From assembly GCA_049325515.1 (NCBI GenBank), contig JBMOLI010000001.1, forward strand, positions 577,171 to 641,170: 64,000 bases of DNA, read 5' to 3'. Positions 8,786 to 18,540 of this stretch are shown piece after piece. Positions within the stretch are counted from its first letter, which is position 1. Every line of letters begins with the position of its first letter. The stretch comes from Actinomycetota bacterium. GTDB taxonomy: Bacteria; Actinomycetota; Acidimicrobiia; Acidimicrobiales; VFJN01. The notes under the pieces are model-generated. The model saw only the letters and a list, made by a program, of their open reading frames with translations. It was not told the origin of the DNA and did not search any database. The position numbers were made by a program, and so were the translations under genes.

Positions 8786-9723
8786 CGACGTCTGTGAACC
8801 GCAGCGTCCGCTATGCGAGCGCGGTGCTGCACAGACGTCGTTTGTCGTTCCCGTATGCGGCGCCGACGGTGCCGGGCGGGGTCGAGGCACCACCGAAGGC
8901 ACGCAAGCTGGGTGCCGACTACGACACGGACTGGGCCCGCCGCTTCCCAGCGCGCTTCGCACGCCTCGCGCTGCTCGAGGGCGTGATGCGTCCGGCCGTG
9001 GCGGCGCTGGGCGCGCCCGAGCGCGACGGCATCGACCGGCTCGCCGGCCTCACCGACGGTCCCGTGATCTTCGCCGGGAACCATCACAGCCACCTCGACA
9101 CACCCGTCGTGCTCACGTCGATACCGGAGCCGTGGCGCCACCGCGTCTTCGTCGGCGCTGCGGCCGACTACTTCTTCCGCACGAGGATCACCTCCGCGCT
9201 GTCCGCCCTCGTCATAGGCGCCATCCCGATCGAGCGCTCGAAGGTGACGCGCCGGTCAGCAGACCAGGCGGCGTCGCTCATCCTGCACGGCTGGTCGATG
9301 TTGATCTTCCCCGAGGGCGGCCGCTCACCTGACGGCTGGGGCCAGCCGTTCCGCGGGGGTGCCGCATACCTCGCGAGTCGCTGCGGGGTCCCCGTCGTTC
9401 CGCTTCACATCGAGGGCACAGCACGCATCCTGCGCAAGGGAGCCAAGGTCCCGACGCCCGCCAACGTGCGCATCACCTACGGTCTCCCCCTCCACCCTGC
9501 CGAGGGCGAGAGCGCGGCCCGCTTCGCCGAACGGATCGAGCGAGCGGTAGCCGAGCTGGCGGACGAGGCGACCACCGACTGGTGGCAGGCACGGCAGCGG
9601 GCCGCTGCCGGCGCCACGCCCCCGCTCACCGGCCCGGCTGCTCCAGCGTGGCGGCGTTCTTGGGCGCTTGGTGACCGGAGCCGGAAGCGGCGTCGGCAGG
9701 CTCGTGCGTGGCCGAAGCTCTGA
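8782..9723 (+). CDS. Lysophospholipid (PlsC-family) acyltransferase
   Basis: Internal ATG (residue 127) of track ORF 8404..9723, in an ATGA overlap with the upstream stop. HX4D motif (NHHSHLD) and FPEGGRS motif are present. Confidence 0.85.
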   Translation: MTTSVNRSVRYASAVLHRRRLSFPYAAPTVPGGVEAPPKARKLGADYDTDWARRFPARFARLALLEGVMRPAVAALGAPERDGIDRLAGLTDGPVIFAGNHHSHLDTPVVLTSIPEPWRHRVFVGAAADYFFRTRITSALSALVIGAIPIERSKVTRRSADQAASLILHGWSMLIFPEGGRSPDGWGQPFRGGAAYLASRCGVPVVPLHIEGTARILRKGAKVPTPANVRITYGLPLHPAEGESAARFAERIERAVAELADEATTDWWQARQRAAAGATPPLTGPAAPAWRRSWALGDRSRKRRRQARAWPKL

Positions 9724-9874
9724 CTGGCGGGCTGATCGGCCGCGGTGAGCCTGACAGCAGCCATGCGATGAGCCCGAGCGCGACTGCCGTCACACCCATC
9801 AGGAACACAGCGCCGACCACCGAGACCGCAACCATCAGACGGTCTGACGCACGCACCCGCGGATCGGTTCCCGC

Positions 9875-11146
9875 GTGATCCGCTCCCCTGACGAGCACGG
9901 CGGCGAGAGCGGGCCGCGCCTAGCGCTGGCAACGACGGTCGCTGTGGTCGCAGCCTCGCTCCTCACCGCGGTTGGAACGGTCCCGCTGACCGCTGTCGGC
10001 GCCGGCGGCCCTACGTCGAGCCGCCAGGCGACGGACCGTCCTTGCGACCCGACACCTCAAGAGCCCTCGAGCGCCACACGCCCGGCGCGAGTCATGGCCA
10101 GGCGGGTTGCGACGGCGGACCAGCCCGTCGACCTCGCTCTGGCACCGGACGGGGGAGGCAGCGGAGTGCTCGCCGAGCGCGCGGGCCGCCTGCTGCGAGT
10201 CGAGCTCGGTCGGCTCACGAGCCAAGTCGTCGTCGATCTGACGGCCGACACCTCGGGCGAGGGAGATGGGGGGCTGCTCGGCGTGGCGTACCAGCCGGAT
10301 GGCCGATGGCTCTACGTGTACCGCACGACGGCACGGAAGGACGACGAGATCACCGCCTACCCGGTGGATGCCCGTGGTCGAGCAGACGTCGAGCGCGGGC
10401 GCGTGATCCTGCATGTGCCACGCACCCCGTCGAAGCAGCACCACGGTGGATCGGTCGCCTTCGGTCCCGACGGAATGCTCTATGTGGGCCTGGGTGACGG
10501 TGGCGGCCTCGGAGACCCGATGGAGAACGCGCAGGATCCCTCCACGCTGCTCGGCAAGGTGCTGCGCATCGAGCCCACCCCATCGGCGCGCCGCCCCTAC
10601 CGAGTGCCATCCGACAACCCTTTCGTCGGGCTGCACGGCTGGTCGCCCGAGATCTGGGCGCTCGGCGTGCGCAACCCGTTCCGGATGAGCATCGATGCGG
10701 CGACCGGGGACATGTGGTTGGGCGACGTAGGGCAGTCTTGCCACGAGGAGATCGACCAGCTGAGCACCGGTTCCGGCGCGGGCGGGGCAAACCTCGGCTG
10801 GGACCGCTACGAGGGCCACTCGGTGTTCGAGGGCGGCACGCTGCGAGGCCGCGAGGTGCGGCCGGTGCACACCTACAGCCACGATGGCGGTCGCTGCGCC
10901 ATCGTGACCGGTCCCGTCCTGCGCGGTGACGCGCTGCCGCAGCTCGACGGGTGGCTCCTGTTCACCGACTACTGCGGAGGACGGCTCCACGGCCTGCAGA
11001 CAACGAACCCTTCGCCCGATGGCTCCCTCATCGCCGTCGACCTCGGGCTCCGCTTCGAGCGACCCGTTGCCATCGTCGCGGGGCCGTTCGGGCTTCCTTG
11101 GGTGCTCGGCCTCGATGGGGTGATCTACGAGCTGGCGGGGTTCTGA
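9875..11146 (+). CDS. PQQ-dependent sugar (glucose/sorbosone) dehydrogenase family beta-propeller, secreted
   Basis: N-terminal hydrophobic signal-like segment. Family-typical blocks: GGLLGVAY, HHGGSVAFGPDGMLYVGLGDGG, LLGKVLRI, YRVPSDNPF, EIWALGVRNPFRM. Confidence 0.8.
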   Translation: MIRSPDEHGGESGPRLALATTVAVVAASLLTAVGTVPLTAVGAGGPTSSRQATDRPCDPTPQEPSSATRPARVMARRVATADQPVDLALAPDGGGSGVLAERAGRLLRVELGRLTSQVVVDLTADTSGEGDGGLLGVAYQPDGRWLYVYRTTARKDDEITAYPVDARGRADVERGRVILHVPRTPSKQHHGGSVAFGPDGMLYVGLGDGGGLGDPMENAQDPSTLLGKVLRIEPTPSARRPYRVPSDNPFVGLHGWSPEIWALGVRNPFRMSIDAATGDMWLGDVGQSCHEEIDQLSTGSGAGGANLGWDRYEGHSVFEGGTLRGREVRPVHTYSHDGGRCAIVTGPVLRGDALPQLDGWLLFTDYCGGRLHGLQTTNPSPDGSLIAVDLGLRFERPVAIVAGPFGLPWVLGLDGVIYELAGF

Positions 11147-11181
11147 GCCCTGGCCCGAGCGAGACCGATTCGATTGCGTCT

Positions 11182-12828
11182 CTAGGCGGGAGGCTGTGCG
11201 TCGGGCAGCCACACGCAGACCGCGGTGCCGCCCTCGAAGCCGTCCTCGATCCAGATCCGGCCTTCGTGGTGCTGCACGACCTTGGCGCACGTCGCCAACC
11301 CGATGCCACTGCCCTGGAACTCATCGTCCGGGTTGAGGCGAGTGAAGACGGCGAAGACATCGGCCCGCGAGCGAGGGTCGATCCCGATCCCGTTGTCCCG
11401 CACCACCACCTCGACCCCACCCCGCTTGTGCGATGCCTCGATCGCGACCAGCGGTTCGCGGTCCGGCCGGGTGAACTTGACGGCGTTGTCGAGCAGGTTC
11501 TGCAACAGCTGGCCCAAGAGGGGGCGGTGACCTCGAACGGTCCCCAAGGAGCCGCGCTGCACGTGGACACCACGCTCGGCGATGGTCGGCTCCAGATCGC
11601 TGAGCACCTCCGCCAGGAGCAGGTCGAGGTCGACCGACTCATGCCCGCCGACGGGCGAGCCGGCCGCCGCGAACGTCAGCAGATCCTCGATCAGCTGGCG
11701 CATGCGCGAGGCGGCACGCCGAGCGATGTCGAGGAGCTCGTCGGCCGGTGGACCGACGCGTGGTGTGGCGGACAGCGCCATCTCGACCCGCGCGAGCGGC
11801 GCCTTCAGGTCGTGAGCGGCCGCGTACGCGAAGCCCTCGAGCTCCTCGTTCGAGCGCACCAGAGCAGCGTTCTGCAGCTCGAGCTGGCGCTGCGCCTCAT
11901 TCAGCGCGATCGCATCGTCGCGCTCAGCGATCGCGGTCATGAAGCACTCGCCGGCGAGCCGCAGCATCGCGCTGGCGTCGTCGCTGAAGGTGACCTGGTC
12001 GCGCACCGCCACCATGGTGAGGAAGCCCCAGTGCCCGCGGTGGGCGGAGAGCGGCACGTGCAGCAGCGAGCGCACGTTGTCGTCACGCAGGGCCTGCACG
12101 ACGTGCGGCGCCTCCTCGGACAGCTCCTCGACGTCATCGAGACGGAGCAGGCGCTGCGCGCGCAGCGCCGCGCGCCACCAGCGCTGCACCTCCGGGTCTG
12201 GGTCGGGCGTGTGCTCGGCCTCCACGGGGTCGGGGTTGCGCCACTCGACGTAGGTGGTGTTCTCCGTGCGCCGCCGACCCCGCAGGAAGTGGCCCCTATC
12301 GGCGCCCATGGCGCGAGCGAGCTCGGCCATCCCACGCTCGATCTCGGCAGTCACGTGCTCGTGGTCGGCGCCGATGAGCCTTGACGCGATCGACGCGACC
12401 AGCTCCTCGAGGTTGAGGTGCAGGCGCAGCGCCTCCTCGAGCGCCATGCGCTCGGTTATGTCGGCCCCCGTCACGAAGATGCGTCCGGCTTGAAGGTCGG
12501 ACCGCGCGTTGCCTTGCACCCAGCGATAGGCCTCATCGCTCCCGCGCATGCGGACGACCACCGCCACCGCGTCCTCACCCGCCAGCAGGCCAGCCAGCGA
12601 GGCCTCGATCAAGGGCATGTCGTCTGGGTGGAACAGATCCAGCAACGGACGGCCTATGAGGGACTCCGGCGACCAACCCAAGGTCCGCTCGAAGGACTTG
12701 CTGGCTTCGAGGATCTTGGTCTCGAGATCCACGACGGCCAGGAGGTCGATCGAGAGGTCGAAGACGCGCTGCATCGACATGGCGCCCTCCGTGCCTGTCG
12801 GTGCCTCCCCGTCACTCCCGTGGTCCAC
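11182..12828 (-). CDS. Sensor histidine kinase with PAS and GAF domains (no adjacent response regulator)
   Basis: PAS-like N-terminus, a central GAF-like region, the H-box AAAHDLKAPLARV, and HATPase_c boxes (LLDNAVKF, DNGIGI, GSGIGLA). Confidence 0.9.
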   Translation of the reverse strand: MDHGSDGEAPTGTEGAMSMQRVFDLSIDLLAVVDLETKILEASKSFERTLGWSPESLIGRPLLDLFHPDDMPLIEASLAGLLAGEDAVAVVVRMRGSDEAYRWVQGNARSDLQAGRIFVTGADITERMALEEALRLHLNLEELVASIASRLIGADHEHVTAEIERGMAELARAMGADRGHFLRGRRRTENTTYVEWRNPDPVEAEHTPDPDPEVQRWWRAALRAQRLLRLDDVEELSEEAPHVVQALRDDNVRSLLHVPLSAHRGHWGFLTMVAVRDQVTFSDDASAMLRLAGECFMTAIAERDDAIALNEAQRQLELQNAALVRSNEELEGFAYAAAHDLKAPLARVEMALSATPRVGPPADELLDIARRAASRMRQLIEDLLTFAAAGSPVGGHESVDLDLLLAEVLSDLEPTIAERGVHVQRGSLGTVRGHRPLLGQLLQNLLDNAVKFTRPDREPLVAIEASHKRGGVEVVVRDNGIGIDPRSRADVFAVFTRLNPDDEFQGSGIGLATCAKVVQHHEGRIWIEDGFEGGTAVCVWLPDAQPPA

Positions 12829-12850
12829 GCGCTGAGACTACGGCGACACG

Positions 12851-13582
12851 TCACCCCAACAGGCGCAACCCCGATGGGGCGATGCTCGGCTCTGAGACAG
12901 GGAGCTCGACGACGAACTCGGTGCGATGCGCCGGGAAGACGTGCTCTGACAGCAGCACAGGACGGCCCTCGGGTCCCGATGTCGTGCGCTCACAGCGCAA
13001 CACTGGTGAGCCCACGGGCACCTCGAGCAAGGCGGCGTCGTCAGCCGAGGCCAGAGCAGCGCCGATCGTCTGGACCGCGCCACCGAGCGGCACGTCGAGC
13101 AGCTCATAGAACGGGGCTCGCTCCACGTCGGAGCGCGAGAGGTGAGCACCGAGGTCTTCGGGGCACCACACCGTGACGCGAGCAAACGGCTCGCCGTCTG
13201 CCAGGTTGAGCCGTCGCACCTCGAGCACGGTGTCGGAGCCGAGGACCTGGCGCGCTCGGGCGGGCGCTGGCACGAAGCCGAACGCGAGGATCCGGCGGTC
13301 CGATCGGAGGCCGGAGGCCGCCAGCTGCCCTTCGATGGTGCCGAGCCGGCCGAGCGACTGCCGCAACGGGTCGACCGCGGCGAACCACCCGAACCCTTGC
13401 CGGGCGTCGACCAGACCCTCGTCGCGAAGCACCTCCAGCGCCTTGCGGACCGTGATCCGGCTCGCTGCGTAGGATGCCGAGAGCTCGGACTCGCTGGGGA
13501 GCAGCCGGCCCGCCGCGAACTCCCCGGCGCCCACCCTCTGGCGCAGGTCGTCTGCAATCGCTCGGTAGCGGATCTCGCGCAC
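12851..13582 (-). CDS. GntR/HutC family transcriptional regulator (UTRA effector domain)
   Basis: Helix-turn-helix [29 protein letters not shown] prefer the in-frame GTG at 13582, which is preceded by AGGA. The ATG at 13630 would overlap the divergent aconitase start by 2 nt. The track ORF extends to 13813. Confidence 0.85.
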   Translation of the reverse strand: MREIRYRAIADDLRQRVGAGEFAAGRLLPSESELSASYAASRITVRKALEVLRDEGLVDARQGFGWFAAVDPLRQSLGRLGTIEGQLAASGLRSDRRILAFGFVPAPARARQVLGSDTVLEVRRLNLADGEPFARVTVWCPEDLGAHLSRSDVERAPFYELLDVPLGGAVQTIGAALASADDAALLEVPVGSPVLRCERTTSGPEGRPVLLSEHVFPAHRTEFVVELPVSEPSIAPSGLRLLG

Positions 13583-13628
13583 TTGTCCTATACTTGTATC
13601 AATCGCAGGACGACGCAAGGGGTTCCAC
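13583..13628. promoter_or_regulatory. AT-rich divergent control region (GntR regulator / aconitase) with repeated ACTTGT and ATAC-TT-GTAT elements
   Basis: The sequence ACTTGTCCTATACTTGTATCAATCGCAGG is a conspicuous AT-rich patch in an otherwise ~70% GC window. It contains the direct repeat ACTTGT x2 and the small inverted repeat ATAC/GTAT. Confidence 0.35.
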
Positions 13629-15911
13629 ATGACCGGTCCCGGTTCCCAGCCATCAGCCACCACCCCGATCGAGCTGGTGCAGGAGGTGTACGCGCGCCTG
13701 CCCGAGCGCGCCGCGCTCGCCCGCGGTCGCCTCGGCCGTGCACTCACCCTGGCCGAGAAGATCCTCGTCAACCACATGCGAGACGCCGGGCAGGAGATCG
13801 AGCGCGCTCGCACCTACAACGACTTCGACCCGGATCGCGTCGCCATGCAGGACGCCACCGCGCAGATGGCGCTGCTCCAGTTCATGACCGCCGGCCTGCC
13901 CCAGGTGGCGGTGCCCTCCACCGTGCACTGCGACCACTTGATCCAGGCCAAGGCGGGCGCCCAGCTCGACCTCAAGTTCGCACTCGACACCAACAGCGAG
14001 GTCTACGAGTTCCTGCGCACGGTGTCCGCCAAGTACGGCATCGGGTTCTGGAAGCCCGGGAGCGGGATCATCCACCAGGTAGTGCTCGAGAACTACGCCT
14101 TCCCCGGCGGGATGATGATCGGCACGGACAGCCACACGCCGAACGCGGGCGGGCTCGGGATGCTCGCGATCGGCGTGGGCGGGGCCGACGCGGTCGATGT
14201 GATGACCGGCTTCCCCTTCAACGTCCGCTGGCCCACGCTCATCGGCGTGCACCTGACGGGTTCGCTGTCGGGCTGGTCGAGCCCGAAGGACATCATCCTG
14301 AAGGTCGCCGAGATCTTGACGGTGAAGGGCGGCACCGGCGCCATCATCGAGTACTTCGGCCCGGGCGCCGACTCGATCACCGCCACGGGCAAGGCGACGG
14401 TGTGCAACATGGGAGCCGAGATCGGCGCCACCACATCGCTCTTCGCCTACGACTCGAACATGGCGTCGTACCTGCGGGCAACTGGCCGAGCGGCCATCGC
14501 CGACGCCGCCGACGCTGTCGCGAGCGACCTGCGCGCCGATGACGAGGTCGTCGCTCGGCCGCAGGATCACTTCGACCAGGTGATCGAGATCGACCTCGAC
14601 AAGCTCGGCCCGATGATCAACGGTCCCCACTCCCCCGACCGCGCTCATCAGCTCTCCGAGGTCGGCGACCATGCTCGTGCCGAGGGGTGGCCCCTCGAGA
14701 TCTCGTCGGCCCTGATCGGCTCCTGCACGAACAGCAGCTACGAGGACATCACGCGAGCGGCGTCGATAGCGCGGCAGGCGTCTGCCAAGGGCCTGCGCGC
14801 CAAGACGCAGCTCATGATCACGCCCGGCTCCGAGCAGACGCGAGCCACGATCGAGCGCGACGGCCTCCTCGCCGATCTCGAGGCGATCGGCGGCACCGTC
14901 CTGGCCAACGCCTGCGGGCCGTGCATCGGCCAGTGGGACCGCACCGACCTCGACACGACCAAGCCCAACACGATCGTCAACAGCTACAACCGCAACTTCC
15001 CGAAGCGCAATGACGGCAACGCCAACACGCTCGCCTTCGTGACGAGCCCCGACACCGTCATCGCGCTGGCCCTGGCCGGCACGCTCGACTTCGATCCGCG
15101 CACCGACACTCTGACGAACGACGCCGGCGAGGAGGTCCGGCTCGACCCGCCCATCGGTGAGGCTCTGCCCCAGGGCGGCTTCGACCCGGGCGAGGACACG
15201 TTCCAGGCTCCCCCAGCCGACCCGACCGGCGTGGAGGTCGTGGTCGACCCGGCGAGCGAGCGGCTCCAGCTGCTCGAGGCCTTCGAGGCATGGGACGGCA
15301 ACGACTTCGACCAGCTGCCCGTCCTCCTCAAGGCGCAGGGCAAGTGCACCACCGACCACATCTCCGCGGCTGGTCCCTGGCTCCGTTACCGCGGCCACTT
15401 GGAGAACATCTCGGGCAACCTGTACCTCGGCGCGATCAACGCCTTCACAGGCGAGGCCGGCAAGGGCAAGGACCCGCTCGACGGCGACACCCGCACCTTC
15501 CCCGAGATCGCCAAGCGCCTCCACGAGGCGAGCATCGGCTGGGTGGCCATCGGCGACGAGAACATGGGCGAGGGCAGCTCGCGCGAGCACGCGGCGATGG
15601 AGCCGCGCTTCCGCAACGGCAAGGTGATCCTCGCCCGCTCGTTCGCTCGCATCCATGAGACGAACCTGAAGAAGCAGGGCCTCCTCCCCCTCACCTTCGC
15701 CGACCCCACCACCTACGACCAGATCGGCGAAGACGATCGCATCAGCGTGCACGGTCTGGCCGATCTGGCTCCGGATACCTCGGTCAGCTGCACGATCCAC
15801 AAGCCCGACGGCTCCACCGTGAGCTTCGAGGCCAACCACACGTTCAGCGACGACCAGATCGAGTGGTTCAAGGCTGGCGGTGCGCTCAACATCATCCGGC
15901 AGAAGCACTGA
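13629..15911 (+). CDS. acn: Aconitate hydratase, mitochondrial-type (about 760 aa)
   Basis: Long colinear identity with the eukaryotic ACO2 sequence as I recall it: [104 protein letters not shown]. Confidence 0.95.
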   Translation: MTGPGSQPSATTPIELVQEVYARLPERAALARGRLGRALTLAEKILVNHMRDAGQEIERARTYNDFDPDRVAMQDATAQMALLQFMTAGLPQVAVPSTVHCDHLIQAKAGAQLDLKFALDTNSEVYEFLRTVSAKYGIGFWKPGSGIIHQVVLENYAFPGGMMIGTDSHTPNAGGLGMLAIGVGGADAVDVMTGFPFNVRWPTLIGVHLTGSLSGWSSPKDIILKVAEILTVKGGTGAIIEYFGPGADSITATGKATVCNMGAEIGATTSLFAYDSNMASYLRATGRAAIADAADAVASDLRADDEVVARPQDHFDQVIEIDLDKLGPMINGPHSPDRAHQLSEVGDHARAEGWPLEISSALIGSCTNSSYEDITRAASIARQASAKGLRAKTQLMITPGSEQTRATIERDGLLADLEAIGGTVLANACGPCIGQWDRTDLDTTKPNTIVNSYNRNFPKRNDGNANTLAFVTSPDTVIALALAGTLDFDPRTDTLTNDAGEEVRLDPPIGEALPQGGFDPGEDTFQAPPADPTGVEVVVDPASERLQLLEAFEAWDGNDFDQLPVLLKAQGKCTTDHISAAGPWLRYRGHLENISGNLYLGAINAFTGEAGKGKDPLDGDTRTFPEIAKRLHEASIGWVAIGDENMGEGSSREHAAMEPRFRNGKVILARSFARIHETNLKKQGLLPLTFADPTTYDQIGEDDRISVHGLADLAPDTSVSCTIHKPDGSTVSFEANHTFSDDQIEWFKAGGALNIIRQKH

Positions 15912-15940
15912 GCACCCGCTCAGCTGAGGCATAGCCTGCG

Positions 15941-16879
15941 GTGATGTCCGACACCGCCACTGCGCCGAGCACCCGTCGCGTCCGCATCGAGCCCTACGAC
16001 CTCGAGGCCGGTCCGCTGGCTCATCTTCAGGCCGAGCGCGAACGCTTGAGCGCGCTCACATGGCACAGCTTCGAGGCGCTACCGGTCGGCGCCACCATCG
16101 GGGCCGAGCTGCGTGGCCTCGACCTCAGCACGGATCTCCGCGACGATGTGATCGCCGAGATCCGCCAGGCGCTGCTCGACTACAAGGTCGTCTTCTTCCG
16201 CGATCAGCACCTGACGGCGGCGCAGCACGTCGCCTTCGCACGCCGCTTCGGCGAGCTCGAAGAGCACCCGTTCCTGAAGAACAACGACGAGCTGCCCGAG
16301 CTGGTTCGCTTCGAGAAGTCGCCCGAGGTCGGCGGCTACGAGAACGGCTGGCACAGCGACGTCACCTGGCGACTCGCCCCCTCGATGGGCTCGATCCTGC
16401 GAGCCGTGGAGGTCCCGACCAGCGGCGGCGACACCCTCTTCAGCGACATGTACGCCGCCTACGAAGGCCTTGACGAGTCAACCCGTGCCGAGATCGATGG
16501 CCTCACGGCGGAACACGACTTCACACAGGTCTTCGGCCCGGTGATCGCGCCCGACAAGAAGGCCGAGATGCGCGCCAAGTACCCGATCGTCGAGCACCCC
16601 GTGGTCCGCACCCATCCAGAGACCGGACGCAAGCTGCTGTTCATCAACCGCTTCTTCGGCCGCCGGATCGTCGGCCTGCCCGAGGACGAGAGCCACGCTC
16701 TGATCGACCGCCTGTGCCGGCGGGCAGAGATCGTGGAGTACCAGTGCCGCTTCCGCTGGGCGCCCGGTTCGGTGGCGTTCTGGGACAACCGAGCCGTGCA
16801 GCACTACGCGAGCAGCGACTACTGGCCGGCCAGGCGCGTGATGGAGCGCGCCACCATCATCGGCGACCGCCCCTACTGA
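15941..16879 (+). CDS. TauD/TfdA family Fe(II)/2-oxoglutarate dioxygenase
   Basis: 312 aa. WHSDVTW (the His-x-Asp facial-triad region), RTHPETGRK, and the FWDNRAVQH C-terminal motif. The start could be the ATG one codon later (15944). Confidence 0.85.
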   Translation: MMSDTATAPSTRRVRIEPYDLEAGPLAHLQAERERLSALTWHSFEALPVGATIGAELRGLDLSTDLRDDVIAEIRQALLDYKVVFFRDQHLTAAQHVAFARRFGELEEHPFLKNNDELPELVRFEKSPEVGGYENGWHSDVTWRLAPSMGSILRAVEVPTSGGDTLFSDMYAAYEGLDESTRAEIDGLTAEHDFTQVFGPVIAPDKKAEMRAKYPIVEHPVVRTHPETGRKLLFINRFFGRRIVGLPEDESHALIDRLCRRAEIVEYQCRFRWAPGSVAFWDNRAVQHYASSDYWPARRVMERATIIGDRPY

Positions 16880-16898
16880 GACCGCAGCCTCGACCGCG

Positions 16899-18326
16899 TC
16901 AGTCGGTGCCGGGGCGGCGCTCGACCTCAGCCTCCGGATCGCCCTTGTAGCTCGAGGGATAGGTGCGTGCCAGCTCCTCGGCGGTCGGCGTGCGCCGCTT
17001 GCGGGCCTCCGGGGGCAGCAGCTTGGTGATCGCCGCCATGATCTTCCTGGTGTCGGCGTCGGGCGACCGGCCGGTGAGGCCTTCGATCGCCGCGCCGACT
17101 CGCACCGTCACGAGAGGCGGGTTGCGCAGCGCCAGCACGTTCGGCAGGCGCTCGCTGCGCGGCCACACCTTCTCGGTGCCCCAGAGGCCGACCGGTATGA
17201 CGGGTGCACCGGTGAGCGCCGCCAGGCGCGCCGCGCCCCATCGTCCCTTCAGCACAGGATCGAAGAACGCGGGCCCGCGCGGGATGGTGCCCTGCGGCAT
17301 CAACGCCACGATCTCGCCCATCTCGAGCGCCGCCGCGGCGGCTGCGAGGGGCTCGTCTGATCCCGTGCCGCGCTCCACTCGGATGCCGCCCATGGCACGA
17401 GCCAGCTGGCCCACGACCGGGGCGTCGAAGACCTCCTTCTTCCCGAGGAACCGCACGGGGCGGCCTCGCTTGGCGAGGGCGAACCCGAGCGCCAGCGGAT
17501 CGAAGTAGCTGCGATGGTTGCCGACGACGATGGCCGGGCCTTCGGCTGGGATGTTCTCGACGCCGGAGACGTCGAAGCGCGCGTAGGGGAACAGCTCGGG
17601 TCGTGCCAGAGCCATGACGGCCTTCTGGGGTTCGAGCCCGAGTACCGGCAGCTTGGGAACGCCAGCGGGCACGTCGAGGTGCACGACGGGCCAGCGGCGC
17701 AGCAGCGCGACGACGAGCATGCGCGGGTCGGGGTTGACCACGATCGGGTGCTTCACCGCACTCAACATCGGGAGGTCGTAGAAGCTGTCCGAGTAGGCCC
17801 AGCTGTCGGCTAGGTCGTGCCCGTGCTCACGTGCCCATTCCTGGATCGCGCGCAGCTTGCCAGCGCCCCAGACGAACTCGCCGTCGAGGGTGCCGTCGTA
17901 GAAGCCATCGGTCTCGCCATATCGGGTGGCGACGACGTCGTCGAAGCCCAGCGCGTCGGCGAGAGGCTTGACGAGGTCATACGGCGTCGTGGTGGCCAGC
18001 ACCAGCGCTCGCCCCGCGGTGCGGTGCTCGTCGATGATCGGGCGCGCGAACGGCTGGATGGTCAGTGCCAGCGTCTCGGCCGCGATCTTGCCGGCCTCCT
18101 GCACGGACGACCGCGCCCAGCCCGAGGCGAACCGGACAGCGCGACGCGTGAGCTCCATGCTCGGTCGGTTCTCACCGAAGATGTCGTAGAGCCGGTAGAC
18201 GATCTGCTCACCGGGGATGCTGCGGTCGGTGACCCCCGCCTGCTTCAGCGCCGCACCGATCACGGGACCAGACGCACCTCGCAGCAAGGTCCGGTCGAGG
18301 TCGAAGAACACGGCACCGTTGCTCAC
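16899..18326 (-). CDS. Bifunctional HAD-IB phosphatase / PlsC-type acyltransferase (M. tuberculosis Rv2483c-like architecture)
   Basis: HAD motif I FFDLDRTLL near the N-terminus, YSDSFYDLPML, then the acyltransferase HX4D motif (NHRSYFDP). The start is uncertain: I use the GTG at 18326 (VSNGAVFFDLD), while the track ORF runs to 18458. Confidence 0.82.
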   Translation of the reverse strand: MSNGAVFFDLDRTLLRGASGPVIGAALKQAGVTDRSIPGEQIVYRLYDIFGENRPSMELTRRAVRFASGWARSSVQEAGKIAAETLALTIQPFARPIIDEHRTAGRALVLATTTPYDLVKPLADALGFDDVVATRYGETDGFYDGTLDGEFVWGAGKLRAIQEWAREHGHDLADSWAYSDSFYDLPMLSAVKHPIVVNPDPRMLVVALLRRWPVVHLDVPAGVPKLPVLGLEPQKAVMALARPELFPYARFDVSGVENIPAEGPAIVVGNHRSYFDPLALGFALAKRGRPVRFLGKKEVFDAPVVGQLARAMGGIRVERGTGSDEPLAAAAAALEMGEIVALMPQGTIPRGPAFFDPVLKGRWGAARLAALTGAPVIPVGLWGTEKVWPRSERLPNVLALRNPPLVTVRVGAAIEGLTGRSPDADTRKIMAAITKLLPPEARKRRTPTAEELARTYPSSYKGDPEAEVERRPGTD

Positions 18327-18540
18327 GAACGGGACCGTACACGGCACCCGGAGGGGCTGTGGCGGGACGCGGAAACGCCGACCCGGGGGGAGGGTCGGCG
18401 TCCCGCTACTTGCGGCGGGCCGGAGGGGGGATCCGGCCTCTGCACGCTTGGAGGGCACCTAGGGGTGCTGCCTCTTGTGAGCAACACGGTAAGCCTCCGC
18501 AAGCAATCCGTCAAACAGTTGTTACCGATGGGTACCATCT

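Noticed and set aside
9626-9835. Possible 69-aa single-TM protein on the minus strand (MVAVSVVGAVFLMGVTAVALGLIAWLL...).
   Set aside because: The hydrophobic helix and high GC3 make it tempting. However, it overlaps the acyltransferase 3' end by about 100 nt, has no visible ribosome-binding site and has no recognisable family. I could not support it from sequence alone.
15919-15928. 10-bp perfect palindrome CTCAGCTGAG just after the aconitase stop, as a terminator.
   Set aside because: There is no loop, so it cannot form a meaningful hairpin, and no U-tract follows. It is probably fortuitous and contains a CAGCTG site.
13653-15932. 759-aa ORF antisense to the aconitase gene. Similar very long track ORFs are 17817..19751 (+), 9920..11290 (-), 54818..56650 (+), 4904..5998 (-) and 45054..46307 (-).
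   Set aside because: Their translations are Arg/Gly/Ala/Pro-rich low-complexity strings with no motifs. Each lies opposite or out of frame to a CDS with clear family signatures. Long stop-free antisense frames are expected at about 70% G+C.
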